Assembly (NCBI GenBank): GCA_965223865.1
Contig: OZ245020.1
Location: 832,001-896,000, forward strand
From: Nitrosarchaeum sp.
GTDB taxonomy: Archaea > Thermoproteota > Nitrososphaeria > Nitrososphaerales > Nitrosopumilaceae
DNA length: 64,000 bases
Direction: 5' to 3'
The notes beneath the pieces were generated by a model, which saw only the letters and a program-made list of their open reading frames with translations, was not told the origin of the DNA and did not search any database. Below, piece after piece: positions 1-9,937 of this stretch (positions are counted from its first letter, which is position 1; each line of letters starts with the position of its first letter). A program made the position numbers and the translations under genes.

Positions 1-636
1 TAGGGGATGTGTATCTTTTAATTTTATTATTTTGATATATGAATATCCATGTTCTGATGGATTATCAACAAAAGTTGGGTCTAATCCATTATTTGTGGAA
101 AATTTCAAAAAGGGTTTTTGTGGATCTTTATCAAGTACAACATGACAGAAATATGATGTTCCTTCTTCATTGAAATTCATAAAAACTCCTATAAGCCATT
201 TTTCATTACGTGGGAACAAAAACAAAGGAAAAGGAATTTCTTCAAAACCCCAACTAAGTTTTGCAAGGCTAGCCATATCCTCTAATTCAATAGGTTGATA
301 TCTATCAAGAGTGCCATTGCCAGGCTTGAGAGTTTCTGGAAGAGATTTAATTCTAACAATAGGAGAATATAGCTTACTAGAATCAGAAGTTGTATCCGCT
401 ATTCCCGATTCTTCTTTTCCACCTTTTAATCCATAACAAATGTAATGTCCATTATTTTCTAGAGGAGTATAGTAAACAATTGGTTTTTCTTTAAGAATAT
501 CCATTTGAACTGATAAAACTTTCTTACCATCATGTTCATGAAGAAAGGATACACGTGGAGCACGTTCAAGGGCACATACCAATCTTGAAAATTCTAAAGA
601 AGAATAAACTTGAATATATCGAGGTAATTTATCCAC
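1..636 (-). CDS. Conserved hypothetical protein, 3' end runs off the window
   Basis: Open frame from GTG at 636 (MDKLPRYIQVYSSLEFSRLVCALERAPRVSF...) with no stop before position 1; downstream of and co-oriented with purA. Confidence 0.7.
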   Translation of the reverse strand, partial: MDKLPRYIQVYSSLEFSRLVCALERAPRVSFLHEHDGKKVLSVQMDILKEKPIVYYTPLENNGHYICYGLKGGKEESGIADTTSDSSKLYSPIVRIKSLPETLKPGNGTLDRYQPIELEDMASLAKLSWGFEEIPFPLFLFPRNEKWLIGVFMNFNEEGTSYFCHVVLDKDPQKPFLKFSTNNGLDPTFVDNPSEHGYSYIKIIKLKDTHPL

Positions 637-685
637 GTAAACTTTTTGCAGATATTCAAATTAAACTTATCCAAAAAAATTCAGG

Positions 686-1687
686 CTAATTTCTTCTATC
701 AATAACATCATTGATTGCTGGACCTGTTCCAATAATTGTTACAGGCGTGTTTAACTCCTGCTCAATATTTTTTATGAAAGATTTTGCATTTTCAGGAAGA
801 TCATTGTAAGAGGTCATGCCTGCACATGTAGGAAATATTACATCTAACTTTGTTATTGAGATTTGTGTCGCACTGTTTAGCATAATTGCACGCCTAGCTA
901 AATCAAAATCAAAATCTGCAGCCCGTCTCTGCCTCCCAGTAACAGTTCCAAATTCAGACCATCCTTTTTTTTCAGCTTCTTCAGAGGTGAGTTCTTTTTC
1001 TAAAGGACCAGTACCTACACGTGTTACATATGACTTAAAAACAACAATGACTTCATCTACTTTTTTTGGACCAAGGCCTATATCGGCACAAATACCTGAG
1101 GCCGTAACATCTTTTGAGGTAACAAATGGATATGTTCCATGCCACAAAGAAAGAAAAGTTCCTTGAGTACCTTCTACTAAAACATTCTCATTGTTTGATA
1201 TAGCAGAATTGATTTGTTCAGGAACATCTACAACTAGTGAAGATAAAGAATCAAAATCTTTAGCAAGTTTTAATATTCTCATGGCTCTATCAGCATTTGC
1301 AGGTCCAGTGCCAGAGCCAGTACTACCAATTTTTTCCTTCAAGTCACCCTTTGAATCACGAGATAAATGAGTCTCTTCAATAATTCCGCAGTGTTTGTCA
1401 ATAAATGAACGTCCTGATGCATCAAAATCTTGAATTTCTTTAAACAAAACATCGGGATTGATTACAACGCCTGGGCCAATCATCACCTTAGCACTCTTAT
1501 TTAGAAATCCACTTGGGAGCATTCTAACTTTGTATACTTTTTTGCCATCTCTAATGGTATGACCTGCATTTGGTCCGGCACCTCCACGAACAATAATTTT
1601 TGGATTATCTTTAATTGCCAGATATGAAATAATTTTACCTTTTCCTTCATCGCCAAAAAATCCGCCAACTATAACTGTAGAAGTCAT
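686..1687 (-). CDS. purA: Adenylosuccinate synthetase
   Basis: GDEGKGK, GPNAGHT, EGTQG and GTVTGRQRR motifs; short archaeal form. Confidence 0.97.
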   Translation of the reverse strand: MTSTVIVGGFFGDEGKGKIISYLAIKDNPKIIVRGGAGPNAGHTIRDGKKVYKVRMLPSGFLNKSAKVMIGPGVVINPDVLFKEIQDFDASGRSFIDKHCGIIEETHLSRDSKGDLKEKIGSTGSGTGPANADRAMRILKLAKDFDSLSSLVVDVPEQINSAISNNENVLVEGTQGTFLSLWHGTYPFVTSKDVTASGICADIGLGPKKVDEVIVVFKSYVTRVGTGPLEKELTSEEAEKKGWSEFGTVTGRQRRAADFDFDLARRAIMLNSATQISITKLDVIFPTCAGMTSYNDLPENAKSFIKNIEQELNTPVTIIGTGPAINDVIDRRN

Positions 1688-1767
1688 AGTGTTGAGCTCA
1701 AATTTGGTTTATTTAAGCTAAAGTGTTGTCATATGTTTTAATATCCAACAAATAATGAAAGTGATCG

Positions 1768-2229
1768 TTGGCAGGTCCAAATTATGCAGGTAACATCATA
1801 GTAAACTTGGCGAATCTTCCAGATTTTTTAAGAAAACCAATTTTAAAAAAAAGAATGATGGAATTTTTTATGCTATCAGAACCAGAAAAAAAAGAAATTA
1901 TCAACAATGCTCTTGAAGCAGGACCAAAAATTCCATTTCCAAATTTTTCAAAACTTTTCAAGACATGGTTAGAAATTTTAACAACTTTAACAGAAGAGCA
2001 AAGGGAAGGACTCTTCTTTGCATATATTAGTGAAATAACACAGTCACCACAAAAATTGATCACATTTAATTTGGATGGGATTTTAGAAATTTATCTCACA
2101 TTAGATGAAGAGAAAAAAGAAATTCTTGCTAAAACAATTAAAAAAATTATCGATAGTTTAGAGAATGAAAGAAAAAGGAGGGTTTTACTTGTTATTCCAG
2201 AAAATGCTAAAAAACTTTTGAGCCTCTAA
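1768..2229 (+). CDS. Conserved hypothetical helical protein
   Basis: 153-aa ORF with upstream TTTTAAT TATA-like box. Confidence 0.75.
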   Translation: MAGPNYAGNIIVNLANLPDFLRKPILKKRMMEFFMLSEPEKKEIINNALEAGPKIPFPNFSKLFKTWLEILTTLTEEQREGLFFAYISEITQSPQKLITFNLDGILEIYLTLDEEKKEILAKTIKKIIDSLENERKRRVLLVIPENAKKLLSL

Positions 2230-2504
2230 ACAATTGGTTCATCTGGTTTTCTATTGTCTTCATTTGAGTAATCTACAATATCTCCTTCAGGCGTAAGAAC
2301 TCCTGCAAATATTTTTTCATGTTTTTTTAAGAGCTTCCTATGATCTGGCATAGACATATCAAGTCTCATTTCATTCATAACCATTACTCGGTATTCCTTC
2401 CATTCAGCCCAGCATTTGTTACATACAGGGTACTTTTCTGCCATCATGTCTAGTTCTTCTGTATCAGAAATAGTATTCTTACATTTTGTGCAGGTACGAC
2501 TCAT
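2226..2504 (-). CDS. Fe(II)-trafficking/YggX-like protein with N-terminal CxxC
   Basis: CNKCWAEWKEYRVMVMNEMRLDM resembles the YggX W..W...Q..LINE.RL motif. Confidence 0.75.
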   Translation of the reverse strand: MSRTCTKCKNTISDTEELDMMAEKYPVCNKCWAEWKEYRVMVMNEMRLDMSMPDHRKLLKKHEKIFAGVLTPEGDIVDYSNEDNRKPDEPIV

Positions 2505-2580
2505 AAAGAAACCAAATGGAAACTCCTTTTATTTTTTATTGAATGTAAAGTAATAATAAATATCATTAAGAAAGTAACAT

Positions 2581-2790
2581 GTGAAGATCAAGTGTCCCAA
2601 ATGTAGTGAAAATGCAGAATTAGCCATGGATTTTTCTTTTGTTAAATGCGATAAATGTGATTTAGATATGAGTTATGGAGAATATGTAAAATTTGTTGCA
2701 CATAATGAAAAAACATACTCAGATATTCTAGGAGACTATGCAGGGAGTACAGAAGGTCAATCAGCAGGCTCTTTGGACGAATGGGATTAA
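2581..2790 (+). CDS. Small zinc-ribbon protein
   Basis: CPKC...CDKC pair. Confidence 0.75.
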   Translation: MKIKCPKCSENAELAMDFSFVKCDKCDLDMSYGEYVKFVAHNEKTYSDILGDYAGSTEGQSAGSLDEWD

Positions 2791-2850
2791 ACAAATTAGT
2801 AAAATCATCATCAGATTAAAATAATTAGTTAAACAAATTTCTAAACACCA

Positions 2851-3492
2851 TTGGAATTTTTATTAGAAAATATTCTTAACTTGGTAGGATTCTTAGTAGG
2901 ACTTACCATTGGAATAATGTCGTTAATTGGATTTAGAAATACAGGAAGTCCTACTTTATTTAGATTAACAATCGCTTTTTTTTCAATTAGTATTGGTTTC
3001 TTTGTAATTTGGGCAGGATATACCGTAGAGGATTTTATAATAAAATCAGGAAGTTTAGAAAGATGGATTCAAACGGTAGGAATCGGAATTCAAACGGTAG
3101 GATATTTTTTTATTGCATTTTCACACAGTATAAAATCATTTTTTCCAAAATCAAGATACTTTAGGTCGGTTGGCATATTCCCATTATTCCTAGTATCATC
3201 AGTACAAATAGAACATATTTTCCGATCAGTATCATTTATTCTATTAGCATATGGGGCAATTGAAACAATGCTTTCATATTTTGAAAATAAAAACAAAGGA
3301 GCCATATCTGTTGCCATAGGATTAGCTCTTTTAGCTCTTGGAGAATTTTTGGGATGGTATGCATTTGTATTTCCTGAATCCATTCTATATTCAGGATCCA
3401 TGATAATCAAAATAGGAGGTTTAATTGCGTTGTTTATTCCAGTCAGTAAAGTACCATTAACTAAAATAAAATTTGATGAAGATTTCAAATGA
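2851..3492 (+). CDS. Multi-pass membrane protein
   Basis: About six hydrophobic segments. Confidence 0.8.
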   Translation: MEFLLENILNLVGFLVGLTIGIMSLIGFRNTGSPTLFRLTIAFFSISIGFFVIWAGYTVEDFIIKSGSLERWIQTVGIGIQTVGYFFIAFSHSIKSFFPKSRYFRSVGIFPLFLVSSVQIEHIFRSVSFILLAYGAIETMLSYFENKNKGAISVAIGLALLALGEFLGWYAFVFPESILYSGSMIIKIGGLIALFIPVSKVPLTKIKFDEDFK

Positions 3493-3613
3493 TTGCAAGT
3501 ATAGGCTCAGATTTTGAAGGAAATTATAATTTGTCAAATTCTTTTATCTTTTTAGTATATTGCAAAATATCAACCCACTCTCATAGAAATTATAAAAAAT
3601 AACTTGCAGAAAA

Positions 3614-3901
3614 ATGGTAGAGTATAGAACGCATATGAAAATCATTGGAGACATTCTATCAACCACAAGAGATGATCTCCAGGATGAAGATGGGGCAACA
3701 GTAACATATCTGATTAGAAAAGCAAATATTTCACATTCAAGAATTTCTAGAATTCTAAAGACATTAGTATCACAAGGACTTTTGGAGCAGGTGGAATTAC
3801 AAGGTTCTAGCAAATATAAAATCAGTCAATCAGGCAGAGAATTTTTACAAGCATATTATACATTTAGTTCTTTTGCAAACACATTTGGATTAACTATATA
3901 A
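3614..3901 (+). CDS. Winged-helix DNA-binding protein
   Basis: YRT.M.II.DIL...L..KAN.SHSR...L...L...GLL pattern; paralog at 10773. Confidence 0.85.
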   Translation: MVEYRTHMKIIGDILSTTRDDLQDEDGATVTYLIRKANISHSRISRILKTLVSQGLLEQVELQGSSKYKISQSGREFLQAYYTFSSFANTFGLTI

Positions 3902-3984
3902 TCCACTATTTCCTCAAATTCATCTAGTTCATCATCAAAATCATCTTCAAAATCAGTATCTTCATAATCAGAGGGTTCAGACAT
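3856..3984 (-). CDS. Possible 42-aa acidic microprotein
   Basis: MSEPSDYEDTDFEDDFDDELDEFEEIVDYIVNPNVFAKELNV; TTTTAAA upstream on the minus strand; overlaps the wHTH 3' end antisense. Confidence 0.3.
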   Translation of the reverse strand: MSEPSDYEDTDFEDDFDDELDEFEEIVDYIVNPNVFAKELNV

Positions 3985-4060
3985 ATCTATTAAAGTGAAT
4001 TTTATCAAGTTTAAAACTTATTCAAAGGTAAATGAATAATTAAAGAAAAAAACAGAAGAG

Positions 4061-4660
4061 ATGTTGAAAGTTAATTGTGATAAAAAAGGGATTAGAAAAG
4101 CCACTAGCATAGTAAAAAAAGGAGGAATTATTGTTTTTCCAACAGACACAGTATATGGGATTGGTTGTGACCCTTATAACGAAAATGCAATTAAAAAAAT
4201 TTACAAAATAAAATTAAGAGAAAAGACAAAAGCCCTTCCTGTTTTGGTTTATTCAAAAGAAACAGCTTCAAAAATTGTAAATTTTGATAAACAATCAGAA
4301 AAATTAGCTGAAAAATTTTGGCCTGGTCCATTAACGTTGATATTAAATTTAACAGATGATAAATTAAAAAAATCTCTAAATCTTGATAAGAAAATTGCTC
4401 TTAGGAGTCCTAACAATAATTGTGCATTAAAACTGTTAAAGAAATGCAATCTCTTGATTGGAACAAGTGCAAATATTTCTGGACAAAAGTCAATTACAGA
4501 TCTATTGGATTGTCATCAAAACATTGAGGGTTTTGATCTTTTTTTGGATGGAGGAAAGATTTCAGGGATTCCATCAACCATTGTAGAAATTATTAATGGA
4601 CAGATAAAAATTCAAAGAGAAGGAACGTTAACAAAAGAGGAGATCATGAAAGTTCTTTGA
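4061..4660 (+). CDS. sua5: Threonylcarbamoyl-AMP synthase (YrdC/TsaC domain)
   Basis: FPTDTVYGIGC, FWPGPLT and TSANISG motifs. Confidence 0.93.
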   Translation: MLKVNCDKKGIRKATSIVKKGGIIVFPTDTVYGIGCDPYNENAIKKIYKIKLREKTKALPVLVYSKETASKIVNFDKQSEKLAEKFWPGPLTLILNLTDDKLKKSLNLDKKIALRSPNNNCALKLLKKCNLLIGTSANISGQKSITDLLDCHQNIEGFDLFLDGGKISGIPSTIVEIINGQIKIQREGTLTKEEIMKVL

Positions 4661-5178
4661 ATTTGATTATTACTTGTGCAAGACACCTGGAGCCTGAAAC
4701 AAAGCAGGAGATAAGGAGCATCTTAGAGGAATTAGGAGATTTAGAACCAGATATCACCATTACAAGAATGTCGGGAATATTAACTGTAAATACGATAATT
4801 GAACCTACAGAAGTGGTAAAACAAATCAAAAATATGATAATAGATGAACCATGGTCAATCAGATATTGTTTAAGAATAATACCTATTCAAAAAATTACAG
4901 AATCTAAAATTGAAAGCATAGAAAAACAAATAGTAGATATGTCAAATTTAATTTTAGAAAATGAATCGTATAGAATTTCAATAGAAAAAAGGAATTCACA
5001 AATCTCAAGTCAAAAACTTATCGCAAAAATTGCCAAAAATATCAGAAATAAGGTTTCATTAGAGTTTCCAGATAAAATAATTCTCATAGAAATTTTAGGT
5101 AATCAAACAGGATTAGCTATTCTTAAAAAATCAGACATCTTGAGTGTGGAAAAAACGAAACGAAGTATATCAGAGTAA
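4657..5178 (+). CDS. THUMP-domain RNA-binding protein
   Basis: SYRISIEKR...KVSLEFPDKIILIEILG THUMP pattern. Confidence 0.88.
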   Translation: MNLIITCARHLEPETKQEIRSILEELGDLEPDITITRMSGILTVNTIIEPTEVVKQIKNMIIDEPWSIRYCLRIIPIQKITESKIESIEKQIVDMSNLILENESYRISIEKRNSQISSQKLIAKIAKNIRNKVSLEFPDKIILIEILGNQTGLAILKKSDILSVEKTKRSISE

Positions 5179-5943
5179 AACAGTAGCTTTTTCAACAAGT
5201 AAATCTTCTAAAGAATTTTTTGATAATACGCTATCAAGTTGTTTTTTATTAATTTTAAATTGTTTTTTTAGAAATGAGTAGTTATTTTTTGAAAACGTAG
5301 CAATAGAGTAAGAAAGTAGTTTAGTTTTTAGAAGATCTAATTGTTTTTTTTCACCAATTGTAATGAGAAGGAAATTGTTATTTGGTTTAATGCCAGCAGT
5401 GAATATAGCCTCAGAAATTTGTAAAGTTAAAGCAAATCTCATTAGAATATCTGTTTCTAATTTGTTTGAAAGTAAAATGTTATTTTTTTGAGATGAAAAC
5501 GATAAAGAAAGAATCTTTTTTACATGAGATTTATTTAATATAAAATTGCTATCTATTGCTTGAATTTTTAATTTAGGAAAATCTTTTCTAAGATTGTCAA
5601 GAAAATTTACATCAAGATTTTTTTGGCCTTTAATTTCAAGAATTTGGATTGTTTTTTTAGAAATTTTAAACAGAATTCTTTTTGATGAGCCCCCATGAAT
5701 TACAGGGATAATGCTTACAATATCATTATTTTTCAGTAAAGTCATTTTTCCTTCCAAAGCCGATGAATCAACCCCATTGACTGCAATCAAAATGTTGTTA
5801 ATATCTAAATTCAAAGTATTTTCGGGTTTAAGAGAAAGAAGAATTTCAAGAAAATCATTAATAGAAATATCAGATTTATCTATTTCAAGATGATCAGTTG
5901 AAAAGGATTTTTTTGCTCCGCCTAAGAATTTAACAGTAATCAT
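5170..5943 (-). CDS. MoaD/ThiS ubiquitin-like domain fused to KEOPS subunit Cgi121
   Basis: N-terminal beta-grasp (ITVKFLGG...IAVNGVD...IIPVIHGG) followed by Cgi121-like LETDILMRFALTLQISEAI...GIK. Confidence 0.85.
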   Translation of the reverse strand: MITVKFLGGAKKSFSTDHLEIDKSDISINDFLEILLSLKPENTLNLDINNILIAVNGVDSSALEGKMTLLKNNDIVSIIPVIHGGSSKRILFKISKKTIQILEIKGQKNLDVNFLDNLRKDFPKLKIQAIDSNFILNKSHVKKILSLSFSSQKNNILLSNKLETDILMRFALTLQISEAIFTAGIKPNNNFLLITIGEKKQLDLLKTKLLSYSIATFSKNNYSFLKKQFKINKKQLDSVLSKNSLEDLLVEKATVLL

Positions 5944-5968
5944 TTAAGATGATTTGGAAGATCAGGAT

Positions 5969-6322
5969 TTATTTCTTAATTATTTTGCTTTCTTCAACAG
6001 ATTCTGTTTCGGGGGATGCTTCAGAAACCTCAACTTCTACATTTTGAGGCATATCAACAGCATCAATGTTTTCTTCTTGAATAGGCTCTGTTTCAGCGTT
6101 AGTCTCAGTTTGGATAGTTGATCTTTGTGCTTGTTTTATTTTTTCTTCATAAATTTGTTTTTTGATGAATTTTGTAATATATCCTGCAACTTCATTTTTC
6201 AATCCCTTCGAGCGAATAATTGTGATCTGATCTAGGACTTTTTTGTTATCAGCAAAATCTTCACCAAATTTCGATTGGTGCTCATCTAATACTTCATAAG
6301 AAAGACGCTTGATTCTATCCAC
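5969..6322 (-). CDS. rps17e: 30S ribosomal protein S17e with acidic tail
   Basis: IKRLS.E.L......F..DF..NK.......I.SK.LKN.VAGYIT. Confidence 0.9.
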   Translation of the reverse strand: MDRIKRLSYEVLDEHQSKFGEDFADNKKVLDQITIIRSKGLKNEVAGYITKFIKKQIYEEKIKQAQRSTIQTETNAETEPIQEENIDAVDMPQNVEVEVSEASPETESVEESKIIKK

Positions 6323-6353
6323 TCCTCGTTTAATGAACTAGGGTTTTTTATAC

Positions 6354-7118
6354 CTATATTCCAAGGTAGTTTTTGGAGTTTGTTTCAAGTAGCAAAGACA
6401 TATCATCAAAGGTTTTTCCAAGAATTTTTGCCGCGCAAAAAATAACACTAGGGATAAAGCCTACCTGAGCTGATTTCATTTCAAAGCATCTTGAGAATCT
6501 AACAGGACCATCTGTTTCCACAAGGATTTTGGATTCGTGAGTTTTTGATAACAAGGTTTGTTTATCATTTGCATAAACCATGACGGGCCCATAAGATACA
6601 AAAAAATTCATGTCCATGGCTTTTTGAAGTTGCTTTTTGCTTCCATCAAACCAATGAAGTAAGGCGTGTTTGGTGTTATATGAGGTCATTATTTGAAGAA
6701 TGTTATCAAGACTTTTTCTTGAATGAATTGAAATTGGTTTTTGGTATTTTTCAGCTAATGAGAGAAGAGTTTCAAAAACTTGAACTTGTCTCTTTGAGTC
6801 AAATTCAGATTGGGCATAAGTTGGGTCTAATCCAATTTCACCAACACCATTAATTGATTTATAATTTTTATTAATTAATTCTACCATTAATTCTAAATCA
6901 TCATTGGCATATTCAGGATGAATTCCAATAAAAGGTAAAACTAATTCAGTAGATTTTGCAATCGTCAATGTTCTTTTTGCATCATCATTATTCATTGCGA
7001 CACAACATGCTTTCAGTTTAATTTTTTCCATTCCTGATAAAATGTAATCCAAATCATCATAATAAGACGGATCGGATAAGTGGACATGAGAATCATAATA
7101 CCAAGTCATTTTTATCAT
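6354..7118 (-). CDS. tatD: TatD family hydrolase
   Basis: DSHVH, GIHP, GEIGLD, IHSR, HWF and ETDGP motifs. Confidence 0.93.
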   Translation of the reverse strand: MIKMTWYYDSHVHLSDPSYYDDLDYILSGMEKIKLKACCVAMNNDDAKRTLTIAKSTELVLPFIGIHPEYANDDLELMVELINKNYKSINGVGEIGLDPTYAQSEFDSKRQVQVFETLLSLAEKYQKPISIHSRKSLDNILQIMTSYNTKHALLHWFDGSKKQLQKAMDMNFFVSYGPVMVYANDKQTLLSKTHESKILVETDGPVRFSRCFEMKSAQVGFIPSVIFCAAKILGKTFDDMSLLLETNSKNYLGI

Positions 7119-7203
7119 ATGTGAGACTAGTCTGTATAAATCGATTTCTTGGTGATATTTTTTTACTCACAATCTTTTATCATTATCATTAAAAAGAAAA
7201 TTA

Positions 7204-7425
7204 ATGAAGTCATCTGAGTTAGGTCTTTCTGCAATGTATAGGATTTTGAAAAAAGCAGGAGCTTCAAGAGTAAGTGATGAATCAGCAGACGAACTCAGAA
7301 GAATTATAGAAGAATTAGCTGAGGGTATTGCGAAAAGTGCAGTGGAAATGGCTTCACATGCTGGAAGAAAAACAATCAAAGGAGACGACATCAAACTTGC
7401 CTCAAAACCATTTACAAAATTCTGA
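7204..7425 (+). CDS. Archaeal histone
   Basis: RILKKAGASRVS...A.HAGRKTIK..DI histone fold. Confidence 0.95.
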   Translation: MKSSELGLSAMYRILKKAGASRVSDESADELRRIIEELAEGIAKSAVEMASHAGRKTIKGDDIKLASKPFTKF

Positions 7426-7464
7426 TCTAAAGAGTTTAATTGTTCATTTTGTGTTTTTCAAAAC

Positions 7465-7536
7465 GGTACTCTGGCAGAACGGTTATGCGTGGGCCTGCAA
7501 AGCCTATACAAGGGGGTTCGACTCCCTCGGGTACCT
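7465..7536 (+). tRNA. tRNA-Cys(GCA)
   Basis: GGTACTC/GGGTACC acceptor stem, TGGGC-CTGCAAA-GCCTA anticodon arm, GTTCGACT T-loop, U73. Confidence 0.95.
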
Positions 7537-7950
7537 TTATTCAACTATAACTTGTCCGTCCATCCAAGGATGTAAAGTACAATAGTAATCATAAAGTCCA
7601 GTTTTTTCAAAAGTAAATGAAAATGACTGGTAGGGATCTAGGTAACCACTATCAAAAAGTTCTGTTGGAGAATCATATAATCCAGAAGTTACGCTGTGAA
7701 ATGCAGAGTCCTCATTTAGCCAAGTAACAGAATCTCCTTTATTGATCACAATTTTTGATGGAATATAACAAACATCGGTTTCCTCACATCCAGGACGAGA
7801 AACTTTTGTTGGCATGATAACATCAGCTGTGACTGACATATTTTCAGGTTCATTTTCCTCTTTGATTGAATTTTCAGTGGGAGTAGAAAATGCCATAATT
7901 AGAATTGCTGCAACAATTGCTGAACTAATGGATATTATTATTTTCTTCAA
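7537..7950 (-). CDS. Secreted plastocyanin/azurin-family blue copper protein
   Basis: Signal peptide; HSVTSG and YYCTLHPWM type-1 copper ligands. Confidence 0.93.
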   Translation of the reverse strand: MKKIIISISSAIVAAILIMAFSTPTENSIKEENEPENMSVTADVIMPTKVSRPGCEETDVCYIPSKIVINKGDSVTWLNEDSAFHSVTSGLYDSPTELFDSGYLDPYQSFSFTFEKTGLYDYYCTLHPWMDGQVIVE

Positions 7951-8025
7951 ATCACATCACATGTAAGATCTAGTTATTATGTAATTACCAAATTCTCTAA
8001 ATATATAGCATATTAGAAAACCTGA

Positions 8026-9777
8026 ATGACACAAAATGGTAATGGGTTATTAGAATATATTCCAGGTTCACAGACTTTGTTAGTTCAAAAAAATTCTAGT
8101 CCTCCTCTAGAAGGATTTTCAGAAAATATTAGAGGAAGTATTAAGGAATATGCAGAAAATTCAAAAAGTGAAGTAGAGAAGGGAAATAACTTTCTTCAAT
8201 GGGTTTTAACAAGAGTGTTTGAGGCTACTGAAGATGATGCTGCAGATGCAATTATTGATGGTGCAAATGATCTAGGAATTGATGCCTATCTTCCTGTAGA
8301 TTTTTCTGATAATACAATTCGCTTATTTCAATCAAAATATGGAACATCCCATTCTATTGAAGCAATAGCTAAATTCAAAGAAGACGCAAAACGTCTTCTA
8401 GGAAAAGATGTTACTAAAATGAGACCAGAGATTGCTCAACTTGTTACTAAAATTAAAGAAAAGAATTTGAAGATAAAATGTTGCTATGTAACTGATCAAA
8501 AAGTCGAGTATGAAGATGACTTGATTGAGGTAATTGATGTTGAAAAAATTATTCAAAAATTATGGGACAGGATTAAAAAACCTGCTGCAGGTAAAAAATC
8601 ATCAATAAAATTAGAGAGAATGCTCAGACATGAGAATACAATTTTAGGAATTTTAAAATTAAGAGAACTGACAGAATTCGTAAGTAAAAACAGAGATTAT
8701 GTTTTTGAATCAAATATCAGACAATGGATGCAATTTAAGACTACAGTAAATAAAGGACTAAGAGAAACCCTCCAAACAGATCCTGAGAAATTTTTCTATT
8801 ATAATAATGGGATTACAATAGTAGTAAGTGATTTTGAAGAATTGGGAGGCAACATGATAAAACTATATGCACCACAAATTGTTAATGGCGCACAAACATC
8901 AAATTCGATTCTTGATCATTCTAAGCGAACAAAAAACATGGATGGCTCAATGACAGTTACAATCATAAAAGCAGATGATGAACAGGAACAAAACAACATT
9001 ACAAAATACAGAAATTCTCAAAATTCTGTAAGAGGAAAAGATCTTGTTTCATTAATGGATTTTCATAAATCAATAAAATCTCAACTAAAAAACTGCGGAT
9101 ATTTTTACGAAATTCAAGCTGGTTCCTTTGACACAAAATCTAAATCTAAACAATGTGAATATGAGGGAGATTCTACATACAACAACTATTTACCCGATAA
9201 CCACAAAAAAGTAATTGTTGCAAAAGACGCAATTCAAGTACTTGTTGCAGGAATAGAACAGAGACCTACAGAAGCATATAGTTCTCCAGCTCAGTTTCTT
9301 CCAAGAGGTAGTAAATATGATGACATTTTTAATGACAATCTCAAAGACGATTACAGAATATTGTTTTATCCATATCTTGTCAAAGAATATGCAAAAAAGA
9401 TTCTAAAATATGGAAAACAAGGAGGGCATAAAACGAAAAGATATGCAACCTTATTTTATGTAGCTGTGTATTTTAGGATTCTTCATAAGAAAATCCTCGA
9501 AACAAGAGGAGATTTGAAGGTAGACATACGGAAATTAGAGCCCATATTTCGTAGTTTTAAGCTAAACTCTAGAATTTTAAAATTAACAGACATTATTGTG
9601 ACTAAATTTTTGGAAGATACTGTAGTAGATGATGAAATAGAATTAGCAAATACAAAACATAATTTCTTTTCACAGCACGTATGGAATGATACTATGCTAA
9701 GAGTAGTTGATAAAAAAATAAGACAAGAAGAAGATGAAATTTTAGCCCTAAAAAAACTAGTTAGTAATTTACTTTAA
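8026..9777 (+). CDS. AIPR family protein
   Basis: DLGIDA/FQSKY nuclease-like N-terminal region; FESNIR, FFYYNNGIT, PQIVNGAQT and NSQN motifs. Confidence 0.88.
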   Translation: MTQNGNGLLEYIPGSQTLLVQKNSSPPLEGFSENIRGSIKEYAENSKSEVEKGNNFLQWVLTRVFEATEDDAADAIIDGANDLGIDAYLPVDFSDNTIRLFQSKYGTSHSIEAIAKFKEDAKRLLGKDVTKMRPEIAQLVTKIKEKNLKIKCCYVTDQKVEYEDDLIEVIDVEKIIQKLWDRIKKPAAGKKSSIKLERMLRHENTILGILKLRELTEFVSKNRDYVFESNIRQWMQFKTTVNKGLRETLQTDPEKFFYYNNGITIVVSDFEELGGNMIKLYAPQIVNGAQTSNSILDHSKRTKNMDGSMTVTIIKADDEQEQNNITKYRNSQNSVRGKDLVSLMDFHKSIKSQLKNCGYFYEIQAGSFDTKSKSKQCEYEGDSTYNNYLPDNHKKVIVAKDAIQVLVAGIEQRPTEAYSSPAQFLPRGSKYDDIFNDNLKDDYRILFYPYLVKEYAKKILKYGKQGGHKTKRYATLFYVAVYFRILHKKILETRGDLKVDIRKLEPIFRSFKLNSRILKLTDIIVTKFLEDTVVDDEIELANTKHNFFSQHVWNDTMLRVVDKKIRQEEDEILALKKLVSNLL

Positions 9778-9786
9778 GTTTTAAAA

Positions 9787-9849
9787 TAGGCAGCAGCCTA
9801 ACCAAGTAAAAATTTGCAGGAGGTTTACATTGGCCAGACTAGCTACCTA
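9787..9849 (-). ncRNA. Candidate long-hairpin small RNA
   Basis: Minus-strand stem of about 24 bp with several G-U pairs and loop CCTCCTGCAAATT; TTAAATA box about 25 nt upstream; T-run downstream. Confidence 0.5.
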
Positions 9850-9937
9850 AATTTCCTATAAACCAGTATTATTTAACATGATTTTTTCTGATACGCCTAG
9901 AATGTTTTTTATATAGATTGAAAAGAACAAAAGCACT

